From positions 1-64,000 of the forward strand of contig CAVWHX010000006.1 of the NCBI GenBank assembly GCA_963754925.1: a stretch of DNA of 64,000 nt, given 5' to 3'. The stretch comes from an uncultured delta proteobacterium (GTDB lineage: Bacteria > Myxococcota > B64-G9). Shown here piece by piece: positions 9,738 through 19,166 of this stretch (position 1 is the first letter of the stretch; every line of letters starts with the position of its first letter). The notes beneath the pieces are model-generated. The model saw only the letters and a program-made list of their open reading frames with translations. It had not been told where the DNA came from and ran no database searches. Both the position numbers and the translations under genes were made by a program.

Positions 9738-10625
9738 ATGGAAATCAAAACAATTACCGTTGTCGGTTCCGGCCTCATGGGTTCCGGAATTGCCCAGGTA
9801 GCCGCCCAGGTAGGGTTCAATGTCATCATGAACGATGTAAAAATGGAGTTGGTCGACAAGGGATTTGACTCCATTACCAAGATTCTGGACGGCCAGGTTA
9901 AAAAGGAAAAAATAACTGCCGCCGATAAGGAAGCGACGTTATCTCGGATCCGCAGAAGCGCCGATCTCAACGAAGCGCAAAAGGCCGATGTGATCATTGA
10001 AGCCGCGTTTGAGAATTTCGAAGTCAAAAAGTCGATATTCCAAAAACTCGACAGCGTGTGCCGAAAGGAAGTTATCTTTGCCACCAACACCTCCTCCATT
10101 CCGATAACCTCTCTGGCGGCAACGGTGCAACGTCCGGAGAAATTCATCGGCATGCATTTCTTCAGCCCGGTGCCGGTTATGCGCTTGGTTGAAATCATTC
10201 CCGGTCTGAAGACCTCGGAGGAGACCACGAAAACCGTAGAGACCATGGCGGCAACGCTCAAGAAAGAAACCGTCCGCGTGAAGGACGTGCCGGGATTTCT
10301 CGTCAACCGAGTCAATGCGGCGTTCAGGGCGGAAGTTTTCAACTGCCTGATGGAAGGCGTTGCGACTGTTGAAGATATCGATAAGGCAATAAAATTCGGG
10401 CTCAATCATCCCATGGGGCCGTTCGAGCTGGGTGATTTCGTGGGCTTGGACATCGGCCTGAATGTTTTTAGGACCCTCTACGAAGGATACAAGGATCCGA
10501 AGTTTCGGCCGCCGATGATGTTGGAAAAGCTCGTGCAGTCCGGAGACTTGGGAAGAAAAACAGGAAAAGGCTGGTACGATTACACGTCCGGCGAGAAGAA
10601 ACCGAGGAACGATGTTAAGTTTTAG
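9738..10625 (+). CDS. 3-hydroxyacyl-CoA (3-hydroxybutyryl-CoA) dehydrogenase
   Basis: GSGLMGSGIAQ, ATNTSS, GMHFFSPVP, PGFLVNR, HPMGPFELGD, GRKTGKGWY. Confidence 0.93.
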   Translation: MEIKTITVVGSGLMGSGIAQVAAQVGFNVIMNDVKMELVDKGFDSITKILDGQVKKEKITAADKEATLSRIRRSADLNEAQKADVIIEAAFENFEVKKSIFQKLDSVCRKEVIFATNTSSIPITSLAATVQRPEKFIGMHFFSPVPVMRLVEIIPGLKTSEETTKTVETMAATLKKETVRVKDVPGFLVNRVNAAFRAEVFNCLMEGVATVEDIDKAIKFGLNHPMGPFELGDFVGLDIGLNVFRTLYEGYKDPKFRPPMMLEKLVQSGDLGRKTGKGWYDYTSGEKKPRNDVKF

Positions 10626-10711
10626 CGATTCAAAAAGTTCGCGCGCCAGGGCCTGCCGCCTTGCATCCCCCGGCGCGAAGCTGTCACATAATACATACGA
10701 GGGTTAGTCAC

Positions 10712-11983
10712 ATGGAAAACGTTGTCATTCTTAGTTGTGCGCGGACACCCATCGGTAGCTACGGTGGGGCGCTCAAGGACGTTCCGGTCTACCGTCTTGG
10801 CAGCATGGTTCTGCAGGAAGCCGCAAAGCGGGCGCGGGTCGATCCTGGTTTAGTCGAAGATGTGATCATGGGATCGGCCTATCAAAACGGCGAATGCGCC
10901 AACGGCGCCCGTATGGCCGTCCTCGACGCCGGCTGGCCCGATACGGTCCCGGGGGTGGTGCTCGACCGGCGCTGCTGTTCCGGTATCGATGCCATATTTT
11001 TCGGGGCCATGAAGATCCAAACCGGCAACGCCGATATCGTCATCGCCGGCGGTATGGATAGTATGAGCCAGGCAGAGGTGTACATTCCCGGGGACATTAA
11101 ATGGGGCCTCGGGGGCAAAAACCACGAGAAGTATGGCTTCATGCCCCGAGGACACGGCGCCTTGGCCATGTGGGGAATTCCTCTGTACGATCGCATCCAG
11201 CGCGCGCGCGTCATGTCTCAGCCCGTTGCCCGCTACGGCGAGCTGAGCTCGATGATGGCGTGGGCCGAAACCGCGGCCGTCAAGGAAAAGATTACCCGCG
11301 AAGAGGCCGACCGCTGGGCTTACCGTAGCCACCAGAAGGCGATTGCTGCTCAAGATGCCGGAAAATTCGCCGAAGAGATGGTCCCGGTTCCGATCGGGAA
11401 AGAAAAAAGCGGCGAGACCATTTTCTTAAAGGCCGATGAGGGCCCGAGAAGAGACACGACCTTGGAAAAACTCGCCAAGCTTCGGCCGGTGTACGCCGAC
11501 GGCGTGTGTACGGCGGGCAATTCTTCCTCCGAAAACGACGGTGCGGCCGCTCTGGTGCTGGCATCAGAGAAAAAAGCCAAGGAGCTTGGAGTAAAACCTC
11601 TTGCGTATTTCCGGTCGTGCGCGATCGCCGCAACCGATCCGACATTGACCTATCCGGCGGTGCCTACGTCCGTTCAGAAAGCCCTGAAGAAGATCGGAGC
11701 CACCGTCGATCAGATTGAATTAATCGAAGTTCAGGAGGCCTTCGCCGTTCAGGCGCTGGCCGACGCCCGACTTTCAGGAATCAAAGACGAGGCCATGGAC
11801 GCCATGGTCAACGTTAATGGTTCGGGGATTTCCTTAGGCCATCCGATCGGCGCCACCGGCGCCATGCGTCTGACAACCCTTATTCATGAGATGGCCAGAA
11901 GAGATTGTCGGTATGGCCTCGAAACGATTTGTGGCGGTGGGGGGCAGGGCATCTGCCTGATTGTGGAACGAGGAAAGTCATAA
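10712..11983 (+). CDS. Thiolase (acetyl-CoA C-acyltransferase)
   Basis: RTPIG, RRCCSG, GNSSSENDGAAA, QEAFA, GHPIGATG, CGGGGQG. Confidence 0.92.
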   Translation: MENVVILSCARTPIGSYGGALKDVPVYRLGSMVLQEAAKRARVDPGLVEDVIMGSAYQNGECANGARMAVLDAGWPDTVPGVVLDRRCCSGIDAIFFGAMKIQTGNADIVIAGGMDSMSQAEVYIPGDIKWGLGGKNHEKYGFMPRGHGALAMWGIPLYDRIQRARVMSQPVARYGELSSMMAWAETAAVKEKITREEADRWAYRSHQKAIAAQDAGKFAEEMVPVPIGKEKSGETIFLKADEGPRRDTTLEKLAKLRPVYADGVCTAGNSSSENDGAAALVLASEKKAKELGVKPLAYFRSCAIAATDPTLTYPAVPTSVQKALKKIGATVDQIELIEVQEAFAVQALADARLSGIKDEAMDAMVNVNGSGISLGHPIGATGAMRLTTLIHEMARRDCRYGLETICGGGGQGICLIVERGKS

Positions 11984-12010
11984 CAAAAAGTCCTACGGAG
12001 GAATTCGGAT

Positions 12011-13168
12011 ATGGATTTTGCATTAGTTGAAGAACAAAAAATACTTCAAAAGACGGCCAAAGATTTCGCCGAAAATGAAATCAAACCCTGTGTGGAAGAA
12101 GACGAAAAAAACCAGCACTGGCGCAAAGAGATATTTAATAAAATGGCCGAGTTGGGGTTTTTCGGTTTTTGTATTGACGAAAAATACGGCGGCAACGGCA
12201 TGGGATTTCTCGATGGTTGCTTGGTGATTGAGCAGATTGCCAAAGTCCACACGTCATGGCGGATGGCTTTCAATATGCAGTGTTGGGGGCCGTCCTTGAC
12301 CATACAAAAATTCGGCACCGAGGAGCAGAAACAACACTATATTCCGAAATTCATGAGCGGCGAATACATCGGCAGCTTCGCCATGACCGAAACCGATGTC
12401 GGTTCGGATGTTGCCAGCATGAAATGCCGCGCCGAAGATAAAGGGGATTATTATCTACTCAATGGAAACAAGATGTGGATTACCAACGGGACCGTCTGCA
12501 ACCACGGCCTTCTCTATGTTAAGACCGACAGGGAGGCTGGCGCTAAAGGCATTTCCTGTTTCATCATGGATTACAGCATTCCCGGGATCACCCGCGAAAA
12601 AATTCATAACAAGGTTGGATTATGGGCTTCCGACACCGCGGAAATCACCTTCGAAGATGTCAAAGTTCCCAAAAAACTTGTTGTCGGCAAGGTCAATAGC
12701 GGTTTCCAAATCTGCATGGCCCAGCTCAATGCCACGCGGCTTGGCTGTTCGGCCGGATCGCTGGGTCTGTCCGGGGCTATTCTGGAGGCTTCCATCAAAT
12801 ACGCAAATGAACGATCCCAATTCGGACAACAGATCGGCAAGTACCAACTGATTCAGCAACAAATCGCCGAAATGAAAATGGAACACGAGGCGCTGGCGCA
12901 CCTGGTTTACAAGGCGGCTTGGCTTAAGGACCGTGGCCTGCCTAATGTTATGGAAACGTCGATGTCTAAATTGTATGGCGCAAAAGTGACGGTGCACGCG
13001 GCCAACGAATGTATGAAGCTGCACGGATCCTATGGCTATTCAGAGGAATATCCCTGTGGTCGATTCCTGCGGGATTCGAAACAATTCGAAACCCTCGAGG
13101 GAACTTCGAACATGCATACCATGATCGTCGCCAATGCCGCGCTCGGTTTTGCGCCCAATAGAGTATAG
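12011..13168 (+). CDS. Acyl-CoA dehydrogenase (short-chain/non-decarboxylating glutaryl-CoA DH-like)
   Basis: FAMTETDVGSD, NGNKMWITNG, RSQFG, HGSYGYS, LEGTSN (catalytic Glu present). Confidence 0.9.
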   Translation: MDFALVEEQKILQKTAKDFAENEIKPCVEEDEKNQHWRKEIFNKMAELGFFGFCIDEKYGGNGMGFLDGCLVIEQIAKVHTSWRMAFNMQCWGPSLTIQKFGTEEQKQHYIPKFMSGEYIGSFAMTETDVGSDVASMKCRAEDKGDYYLLNGNKMWITNGTVCNHGLLYVKTDREAGAKGISCFIMDYSIPGITREKIHNKVGLWASDTAEITFEDVKVPKKLVVGKVNSGFQICMAQLNATRLGCSAGSLGLSGAILEASIKYANERSQFGQQIGKYQLIQQQIAEMKMEHEALAHLVYKAAWLKDRGLPNVMETSMSKLYGAKVTVHAANECMKLHGSYGYSEEYPCGRFLRDSKQFETLEGTSNMHTMIVANAALGFAPNRV

Positions 13169-13185
13169 GAGCGCAGGCATATTGG

Positions 13186-14298
13186 ATGAGCATATTATTC
13201 GAACCGTCCCGCATAAAAAATATGGAGATCAAGAACCGATTGGTGCGGTCTGCGACCTATGATGGTTTGGCGGAAACCAATGGCCATGTTTCCGATAGGC
13301 AGATTGAGCTCTTTTCGAATCTGGCCGCGGGCGGAGTAGGATTAATAATTACCGGCATAACCTATGTTCATCAATCTGGACAAATTTCTCCCTTCATGAA
13401 TTCTATTGCCGATGATGCATGTATGGTGAGCTTTCAGAAAATAGCTCACGTTGCTCATGAGCATGACGTAAAGATTTGCATGCAGCTTTTTCATGGGGGA
13501 AGAGAGGCGCGCTACCTAAAAACAAAAAATCAGTTGCCGCTCGCCCCTTCGCTAATTGACAACGATCCCTTTTATAAGGGTGGACATCGCGAAATTACCG
13601 AAGAAGAGATCGGCGTGGTTATCCAATCATTCGGCGATGGGGCCAGGAGAGCGCGGGAAGCGGGGTTTGACGCCATACAGGTCCATGGCGCGCATGCGTA
13701 CCTCTTGAGTCAGTTCCTTTCGCCCCATACCAATCGAAGGAGCGACCGATGGGGAGGGAGCCTTGACCATAGGCTTCGTCTTCACAAAGAGATATATCAC
13801 CGTGTCAGGGAAAATGTCGGTGATGACTACCCGGTAATGATAAAAATAGGGGTTCAGGATGGTTTCGATGGCGGACTGAATCTAGACGAAGGAATCGAAG
13901 CGGCTACCACGTTGGCGCGCCTAGGAGTTGATGCATTGGAGATAAGTTCGGCCCTACGGGGCGAACGATATACGGGAACCGAGTTCAAGACCGGGATCAA
14001 TAGCATAGATAAAGAAGCTTATTTTCGTAGTTGGTGTCGGACCATAAAAAGCAAGGTGAATGTTCCTGTTATGACGGTTGGCGGACTGAGGAGCGTACGT
14101 TTGATGGAAGACATACTGCACCATGGGGAGGCCGATTTTATTTCGCTCTGCCGCCCGTTGATACGCGAGCCTGGTATTATCAATGATTGGCGAAACAACC
14201 GGAACAAAGTACCCACCTGCATATCATGTAATAGATGTTATGAGGCGCTGAACAAAGGAATTCCGCTCCATTGTGTGTTAGACGAACAAGATTCTTAG
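13186..14298 (+). CDS. NADH:flavin oxidoreductase, Old Yellow Enzyme family
   Basis: NRLVRSAT, QLFHGG, AGFDAIQVHGAHAYLLSQFLSP..NRRSDRWGG, CISCNRC. Confidence 0.9.
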   Translation: MSILFEPSRIKNMEIKNRLVRSATYDGLAETNGHVSDRQIELFSNLAAGGVGLIITGITYVHQSGQISPFMNSIADDACMVSFQKIAHVAHEHDVKICMQLFHGGREARYLKTKNQLPLAPSLIDNDPFYKGGHREITEEEIGVVIQSFGDGARRAREAGFDAIQVHGAHAYLLSQFLSPHTNRRSDRWGGSLDHRLRLHKEIYHRVRENVGDDYPVMIKIGVQDGFDGGLNLDEGIEAATTLARLGVDALEISSALRGERYTGTEFKTGINSIDKEAYFRSWCRTIKSKVNVPVMTVGGLRSVRLMEDILHHGEADFISLCRPLIREPGIINDWRNNRNKVPTCISCNRCYEALNKGIPLHCVLDEQDS

Positions 14299-14514
14299 TG
14301 AAGGCCTCAGCCTGCCATACCAAGATACCTTCCTCAATTAACACTGATTTTTTGACAGAAAGACGTGTTTAGATCTAACCTTAGCAACGATCGGACACGA
14401 TCTTACGACATACTCTGCGAACGGATGAGGGAGCGGCGGAAGAGGTGGTCTGTCTCAGGGAGCAAGCAATGCTCGGCGGCATAGACAGCCGATTTTCGTA
14501 ACAGAGGTAATGCT

Positions 14515-15768
14515 ATGACCATAACGATAAATGAGTTGATTTTCCTCAAACAACTGGCGGAACGCTATAACATTCCGGTTCCGCGATATATTGAAGCCGA
14601 TGCTTCACGGGCCGATATCAAACAAGCGCTGCACGAATGGGGTGGAGAAGCAATAGTAAAACCGGATATTATGACCGGCAAACGCGGAAAAACCGGCGCA
14701 ATTCTTAGGGTAAAAGACCTCCAGGACGCGATAGTCACGTTGAAGCACGTCTCGAATTTAGAAATAAATGGAAAGATTCCGCGGACTGCCTATCTGGTGG
14801 AGCCGATTCCGGCAGCCTTTGAAGTGTTCACGGCGATAACATACAGTTCATCCTATCTGCAGCCATCCTTTACGGTATCGCTTGAGGGTGGCGTGGATAT
14901 CGAGGATGTATCAGATGATAAAAAGATAACCATACCCGTCGACATTTTCAAAGGTCTTGACGCATATCAAATCAGCGAGGTGTTGGAAAAACTTCGCTGT
15001 AAGAAAAAGGTGATGGGATTGTTATCAAGAACTCTCGTTTCATTCTGGGACATGTTTATTTCTACCGGCATGGTGTCGGCTGAAATTAATCCCTGGAGAA
15101 TTACCCCCGACGGGAAACCGTTCGCGTGTGACTTCAAGGCGTTGATTGATGAAACCAATTACAAATCAAAGATTCCAAATTTTGAAATTCCCGATTATCC
15201 CGAGTGTGCTTCTCAGTTTGAGGAGGAGATGGCTGCCTGGAGCGCCTCAAGTCACCAGGGACAGGCGCATGTATCAGCATTAGGAGGGAAAAAAATTCTT
15301 CCGATTCTTTTCGGCGGGGGAGCTTCCACTATCATAACGGAAACATTGGAAATCATGGGGGGTGAACCGATGTTTCTATCTGATTTTGGGGGAAATCCGC
15401 CCTACGAGAGAATGTATGGAACGGCGAAGCTATGCTTTGATTACAATCTGGCGGATGCGAAGCTGCTGTTGATTCTCGGCGGAAAGGCAAATAATACCTT
15501 TATCGATGTGACGTTCCAGGCGATAGCGGATGCTCTTGTCAATTACGTGCAGGAGCGAGGGCGCCTGAATATACCGGTGGTGATCGGCAGGGGAGGGCCG
15601 CGGCTGACAAAAGGACTCCTTTCAATAAAACAAGCCCTGGAATACCTGAATCTCCCGTACGTGATATTTGGACCCGACACACCGGTGACGTTGGTGGCGG
15701 ATTACGCAGCACAGCTGGTGCGCGCGCTTACCGAACGCGAGAAGGGGAATACTGATGAGTGCGAATGA
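14515..15768 (+). CDS. ATP-grasp beta subunit of an ATP-citrate lyase/citryl-CoA synthetase-like enzyme
   Basis: GKRGKTG, SLEGGVDIE, EINP, FGGGAST, SDFGGNPP, GGKANNT.IDVT. Confidence 0.8.
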   Translation: MTITINELIFLKQLAERYNIPVPRYIEADASRADIKQALHEWGGEAIVKPDIMTGKRGKTGAILRVKDLQDAIVTLKHVSNLEINGKIPRTAYLVEPIPAAFEVFTAITYSSSYLQPSFTVSLEGGVDIEDVSDDKKITIPVDIFKGLDAYQISEVLEKLRCKKKVMGLLSRTLVSFWDMFISTGMVSAEINPWRITPDGKPFACDFKALIDETNYKSKIPNFEIPDYPECASQFEEEMAAWSASSHQGQAHVSALGGKKILPILFGGGASTIITETLEIMGGEPMFLSDFGGNPPYERMYGTAKLCFDYNLADAKLLLILGGKANNTFIDVTFQAIADALVNYVQERGRLNIPVVIGRGGPRLTKGLLSIKQALEYLNLPYVIFGPDTPVTLVADYAAQLVRALTEREKGNTDECE

Positions 15769-17830
15769 GCTTTCGGATCTCCTGAAAAAAGGCGATCGAG
15801 TGGCGGTATCGAACATAACGGGGCGCGAGGCATCTAAAGTTTCTGAAGAGAGTCAGAAGTACTGTTCAAACCTAGTTGCCGGGTGGGCTCTTGGCAAGGG
15901 CGGTCAGAAAATTGAAACGGTGCGGGGCGATATACCGGTCTATTCAACGTTTGAAGAGATGGTGAAGAGCCTTTCGGTCGAGAAACTTCCCAACAAAATT
16001 ATTATCTACTCTCCGCCCGAGGCGGTGTACGGAGAGGTTAAGGAAGTTATACAGCATGGCGGAAAATTCGTTGAAACCATTTTTATTATTACCGAGCATG
16101 TGTCGGTGGAAGTCACGGCAAAAATACACCAAATATGTAAAGAAATAAATGCCGATGTCATCGGTTGCAACACCTTAGGAATGATAAATGTTCATGATCA
16201 CGTTAGAGTTGGCGCCGTCGGGGGCGATAATCCCGATGACACATTTTTCCCGGGTTCGGTGACGATTATATCGAACTCCGGGAACATGGTGAATACGATA
16301 TCAAGCTACGTGAGAGCCTCGGGAATGGGAACCGCCTTCGGAATTTCGACCGGCAAAGATGCGCTTATTTTGTTGCCGATAAAAACTCTGCTCATGCTCG
16401 CCGAAAAAGACGTCAGAACAAAAATAGTGGTTTTATATGTTGAACCGGGAGGCGTCTACGAGCGGGAAGCAATTCAATTGATGAAAGAGAAGAGTTTTTC
16501 TAAACCGGTGGTTGTGTATGTGGCCGGCAAAATAGCCGAGAAGTACCATGTTTCGCTTGGTCATGCCGGCGCGGTAGTGGAGGGTAACGATACCTCCGCC
16601 AGCGGAAAGATGAAGATGTTTGATGAATACTTTGGCATCGATCCATTCACGCCCGAGAAACATTACAAAAAGTGCGAAGAATTGAAAGTCTCCCTCAGGA
16701 AAGGAATGCGGGTAAATACCCTTCACGATATTCCGAAGGCGGTCGGGTTGATAGCAGATATCCTCGAAATAAAGCACGATCTCCCCAACGTTAAGCCCCT
16801 CGGACTCAATCCTTGGTTTGTAAACCTCAGCAAGCTCGACAAACATATTCCCACCGCTTTATCGCTGGCGCCCGGCACCATACCCGAGCCGTATGCACAC
16901 CAACTCAAGGAACACATGCAAACAAAGCTTGGCGCCACGGTTAGCCGGCAGAACATGAGAAATGCATCGCATGCGAGCTCGAATGATGGCGCTACACCGC
17001 GGCTGCATGGCTATTCCGTCATGGATCTTATGAGGAAACGGAATTATGGGGCCGCCATAATCGTCGCCTTGACGGGCGAATTGCCGAGAGATGCGTTTGA
17101 AGAGAAACTAGCGGATATGCTTTTTATTGCAGCGATAACAAACGGACCCGGCACCATATCGGCGCAGGCTCCAAAACTGTCCGCATCGGCCGGCAATGCT
17201 CCCAATACGGCTATGATTGCAACGTTGTCTGCAATTGGATCCACCCACGGGGGGAATGGTTCTGAAGCGGTCCAATTTCTGATGGATGTGTTTGAGAAGT
17301 ACGAAATAACGGACGCCTATGATTCAAAGATTGACGTGAAATCAATCGCCGTGAAATATGCGGCGGAGTATAAGAAAAAGAAAATGGCTGCTCAAGAAGC
17401 ATCTCTTGAGTACGAGCGAGTGCCCTGCCTCGGCCATCCGGTATTCAAAAATGATGCCGTCAACGTGGATCCGCGCGAACGGGTGATAGGTGATTATATT
17501 AAAGAGAGCGGACGCTCAAATATATTCCTCGAATTTTATCATCAGTTAGTGCAGGCGCTCAAAGACAACGGAACTATGAATAAGGTTCTTGCAGTCAATG
17601 TTGATGCGGCGTTGGCGTGCGCCTGGCTCGGCATATGTTGGTGTCATCTGGTTGAAAAACGCATGACCCGACAACGGGCGATTGATATTCCGTTTATCGT
17701 ATTCTGCATCGGGAGAGTTGTCGGTGGAGCGGCCGAGTACCTCGATCACAAGGATTTCGGCAGAGAAATGGACATGCGCATACCAACCACCGAATGCAAA
17801 GAACTGACCAAGCCGAAAGAGCTGGAATAA
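15755..17830 (+). CDS. ATP-citrate lyase alpha-like subunit: SCS-alpha CoA-binding/ligase domains fused to a citryl-CoA lyase (citrate synthase-like) domain
   Basis: NITGRE, IGCNTLG, SNSGNM, VEPGG.YE, GHAGA (phospho-His); C-terminal HGGNG, GHPVF, DPRE, NVDAA; overlaps upstream gene by 14 bp. Confidence 0.82.
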   Translation: MSANELSDLLKKGDRVAVSNITGREASKVSEESQKYCSNLVAGWALGKGGQKIETVRGDIPVYSTFEEMVKSLSVEKLPNKIIIYSPPEAVYGEVKEVIQHGGKFVETIFIITEHVSVEVTAKIHQICKEINADVIGCNTLGMINVHDHVRVGAVGGDNPDDTFFPGSVTIISNSGNMVNTISSYVRASGMGTAFGISTGKDALILLPIKTLLMLAEKDVRTKIVVLYVEPGGVYEREAIQLMKEKSFSKPVVVYVAGKIAEKYHVSLGHAGAVVEGNDTSASGKMKMFDEYFGIDPFTPEKHYKKCEELKVSLRKGMRVNTLHDIPKAVGLIADILEIKHDLPNVKPLGLNPWFVNLSKLDKHIPTALSLAPGTIPEPYAHQLKEHMQTKLGATVSRQNMRNASHASSNDGATPRLHGYSVMDLMRKRNYGAAIIVALTGELPRDAFEEKLADMLFIAAITNGPGTISAQAPKLSASAGNAPNTAMIATLSAIGSTHGGNGSEAVQFLMDVFEKYEITDAYDSKIDVKSIAVKYAAEYKKKKMAAQEASLEYERVPCLGHPVFKNDAVNVDPRERVIGDYIKESGRSNIFLEFYHQLVQALKDNGTMNKVLAVNVDAALACAWLGICWCHLVEKRMTRQRAIDIPFIVFCIGRVVGGAAEYLDHKDFGREMDMRIPTTECKELTKPKELE

Positions 17831-17854
17831 GTTGTCAGCCCACGTTGCGTAGGA

Positions 17855-17879
17855 GTCATTCCCGCGCAGGCGGGAATCT
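17855..17879. repeat. REP-like palindrome
   Basis: GTCATTCCCGCGCAGGCGGGAATCT (ATTCCCGC/GCGGGAAT stem), intergenic. Confidence 0.75.
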
Positions 17880-17892
17880 AGGAGCATTCAAT

Positions 17893-18309
17893 ATGGACTA
17901 TGAAGGGGAAACACCCAAAATACTCGTCATTGTCAGACATCCCGAGCAGGGCACTAAGGAAAATGGTGGGATCATCTGCGGAAAGATACTCGAGAAGCTT
18001 GCCAAAACCAGTGGGCTCGTATGCTTTTTTCATGACGCGACGGACATGACCAACGCGAACATCGGCTATGCCGGGGCATTTAAAAATTTGGACAAGGCGC
18101 TGGAGAAGAGAACCGTCGAGGTCGTGTGCGCGATACCCGGCACAATACCAAGGATGATGGCCCAAACCGTAGCGATGGTCTCAAGCAAGAAGTGGAAAAT
18201 ATTCAAGGATAGGGAAGCGGCGCTCGGATATCTTTCTGGTATTGGTTATACCTTGTCTGCTTCTGAGTTCAAGACGTTGGAAGACGTCAGCTTAAGGATT
18301 GAAGAATAA
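17893..18309 (+). CDS. Hypothetical protein (possibly STAS/SEC14-like alpha/beta fold)
   Basis: AGGAG RBS; FFHDATDM..KIFKDREAALGYL pattern. Confidence 0.55.
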   Translation: MDYEGETPKILVIVRHPEQGTKENGGIICGKILEKLAKTSGLVCFFHDATDMTNANIGYAGAFKNLDKALEKRTVEVVCAIPGTIPRMMAQTVAMVSSKKWKIFKDREAALGYLSGIGYTLSASEFKTLEDVSLRIEE

Positions 18310-18639
18310 CCACCGAAACCGGTCTCTCGCAAAATCTGGTTACTACCGTACGCACTCAAGAACGATAATTAAAGCATAGCCTTAAACTATCCGGCGAAAC
18401 TTTCATTGCAATAAAGGAACGAGCGGTCCCCGCCAGAATAGACCATCCATCTTGAATCAACTGCAAGATGCGGCTGAGTTTTGAATTTACAACTTCTTGT
18501 TATAAATAACGATGCGTCGCTGGTATGGTCTTTGCTTCAACAGTTGAAGGTTGAGGGGTCGTTATATATGTGCATCCGAGCGGTAGCCGGAGAAGAGAGG
18601 TTGTCTTTTAATAGCAATTGCTGAAATGAGGAGGACACC

Positions 18640-19083
18640 ATGAATATGTCTTCTTTTGAATATGTTACGTACATCGCAACAACTCCCGAGAAGCTTTGGA
18701 AGGCCCTCGTGGACCCTAAGATCACAAAAAAGTACTGGCAACACGAGAACATATCGGATTGGCAGCCTGGCTCGAGGTGGGAGCATCGCAGCTCCAAAAG
18801 TGACGCAGCTCTCGATTTAGTCGGAAATGTCATTGAAAGTTTACACCCTCGGCGTCTTGTCTTATCCTGGGCATTCCCCAACGAGGAGGTGCAGGAGGAA
18901 AAAAACTCGTTGGTAACGTTCGAATTAGAGCCGTTTCGTGGCGTCGTGCGCCTCACGGTGATCCATGAGCACCTTGAGTCTGGTTCCGAGATGCTTGCGG
19001 GTAGAATCGAGGGTTGGCCGAAAGTTCTCGCAAGCCTGAAATCCTTGATGGAGAAGGGACGGTCTCTTCCCGAGCTGTGGTAA
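18640..19083 (+). CDS. SRPBCC/AHSA1 domain protein
   Basis: YVTYIATTPEKLWKAL, SDWQPGSRW, PRRLVLSW, GWPKVLASLKSLME; GAGGAGG RBS. Confidence 0.88.
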   Translation: MNMSSFEYVTYIATTPEKLWKALVDPKITKKYWQHENISDWQPGSRWEHRSSKSDAALDLVGNVIESLHPRRLVLSWAFPNEEVQEEKNSLVTFELEPFRGVVRLTVIHEHLESGSEMLAGRIEGWPKVLASLKSLMEKGRSLPELW

Positions 19084-19166
19084 TAACAAACCGCTCTTGG
19101 GATAACACCGCCATGCTCTCGAGCGGCGCTGTCGGGTAACCGCATTGGCTGAGGTAACAATGTAGT

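Noticed and set aside
2519..13232. Long antisense or alternate-frame ORFs over the metabolic cluster (e.g. 2519-3244, 4673-5572, 9683-10405)
   Set aside because: Shadows of well-supported genes, with no motifs of their own
14515..17830. Plain succinyl-CoA synthetase sucCD
   Set aside because: The alpha subunit carries an extra citrate-synthase-like domain and the beta motifs differ from SucC (NIFGGI absent)
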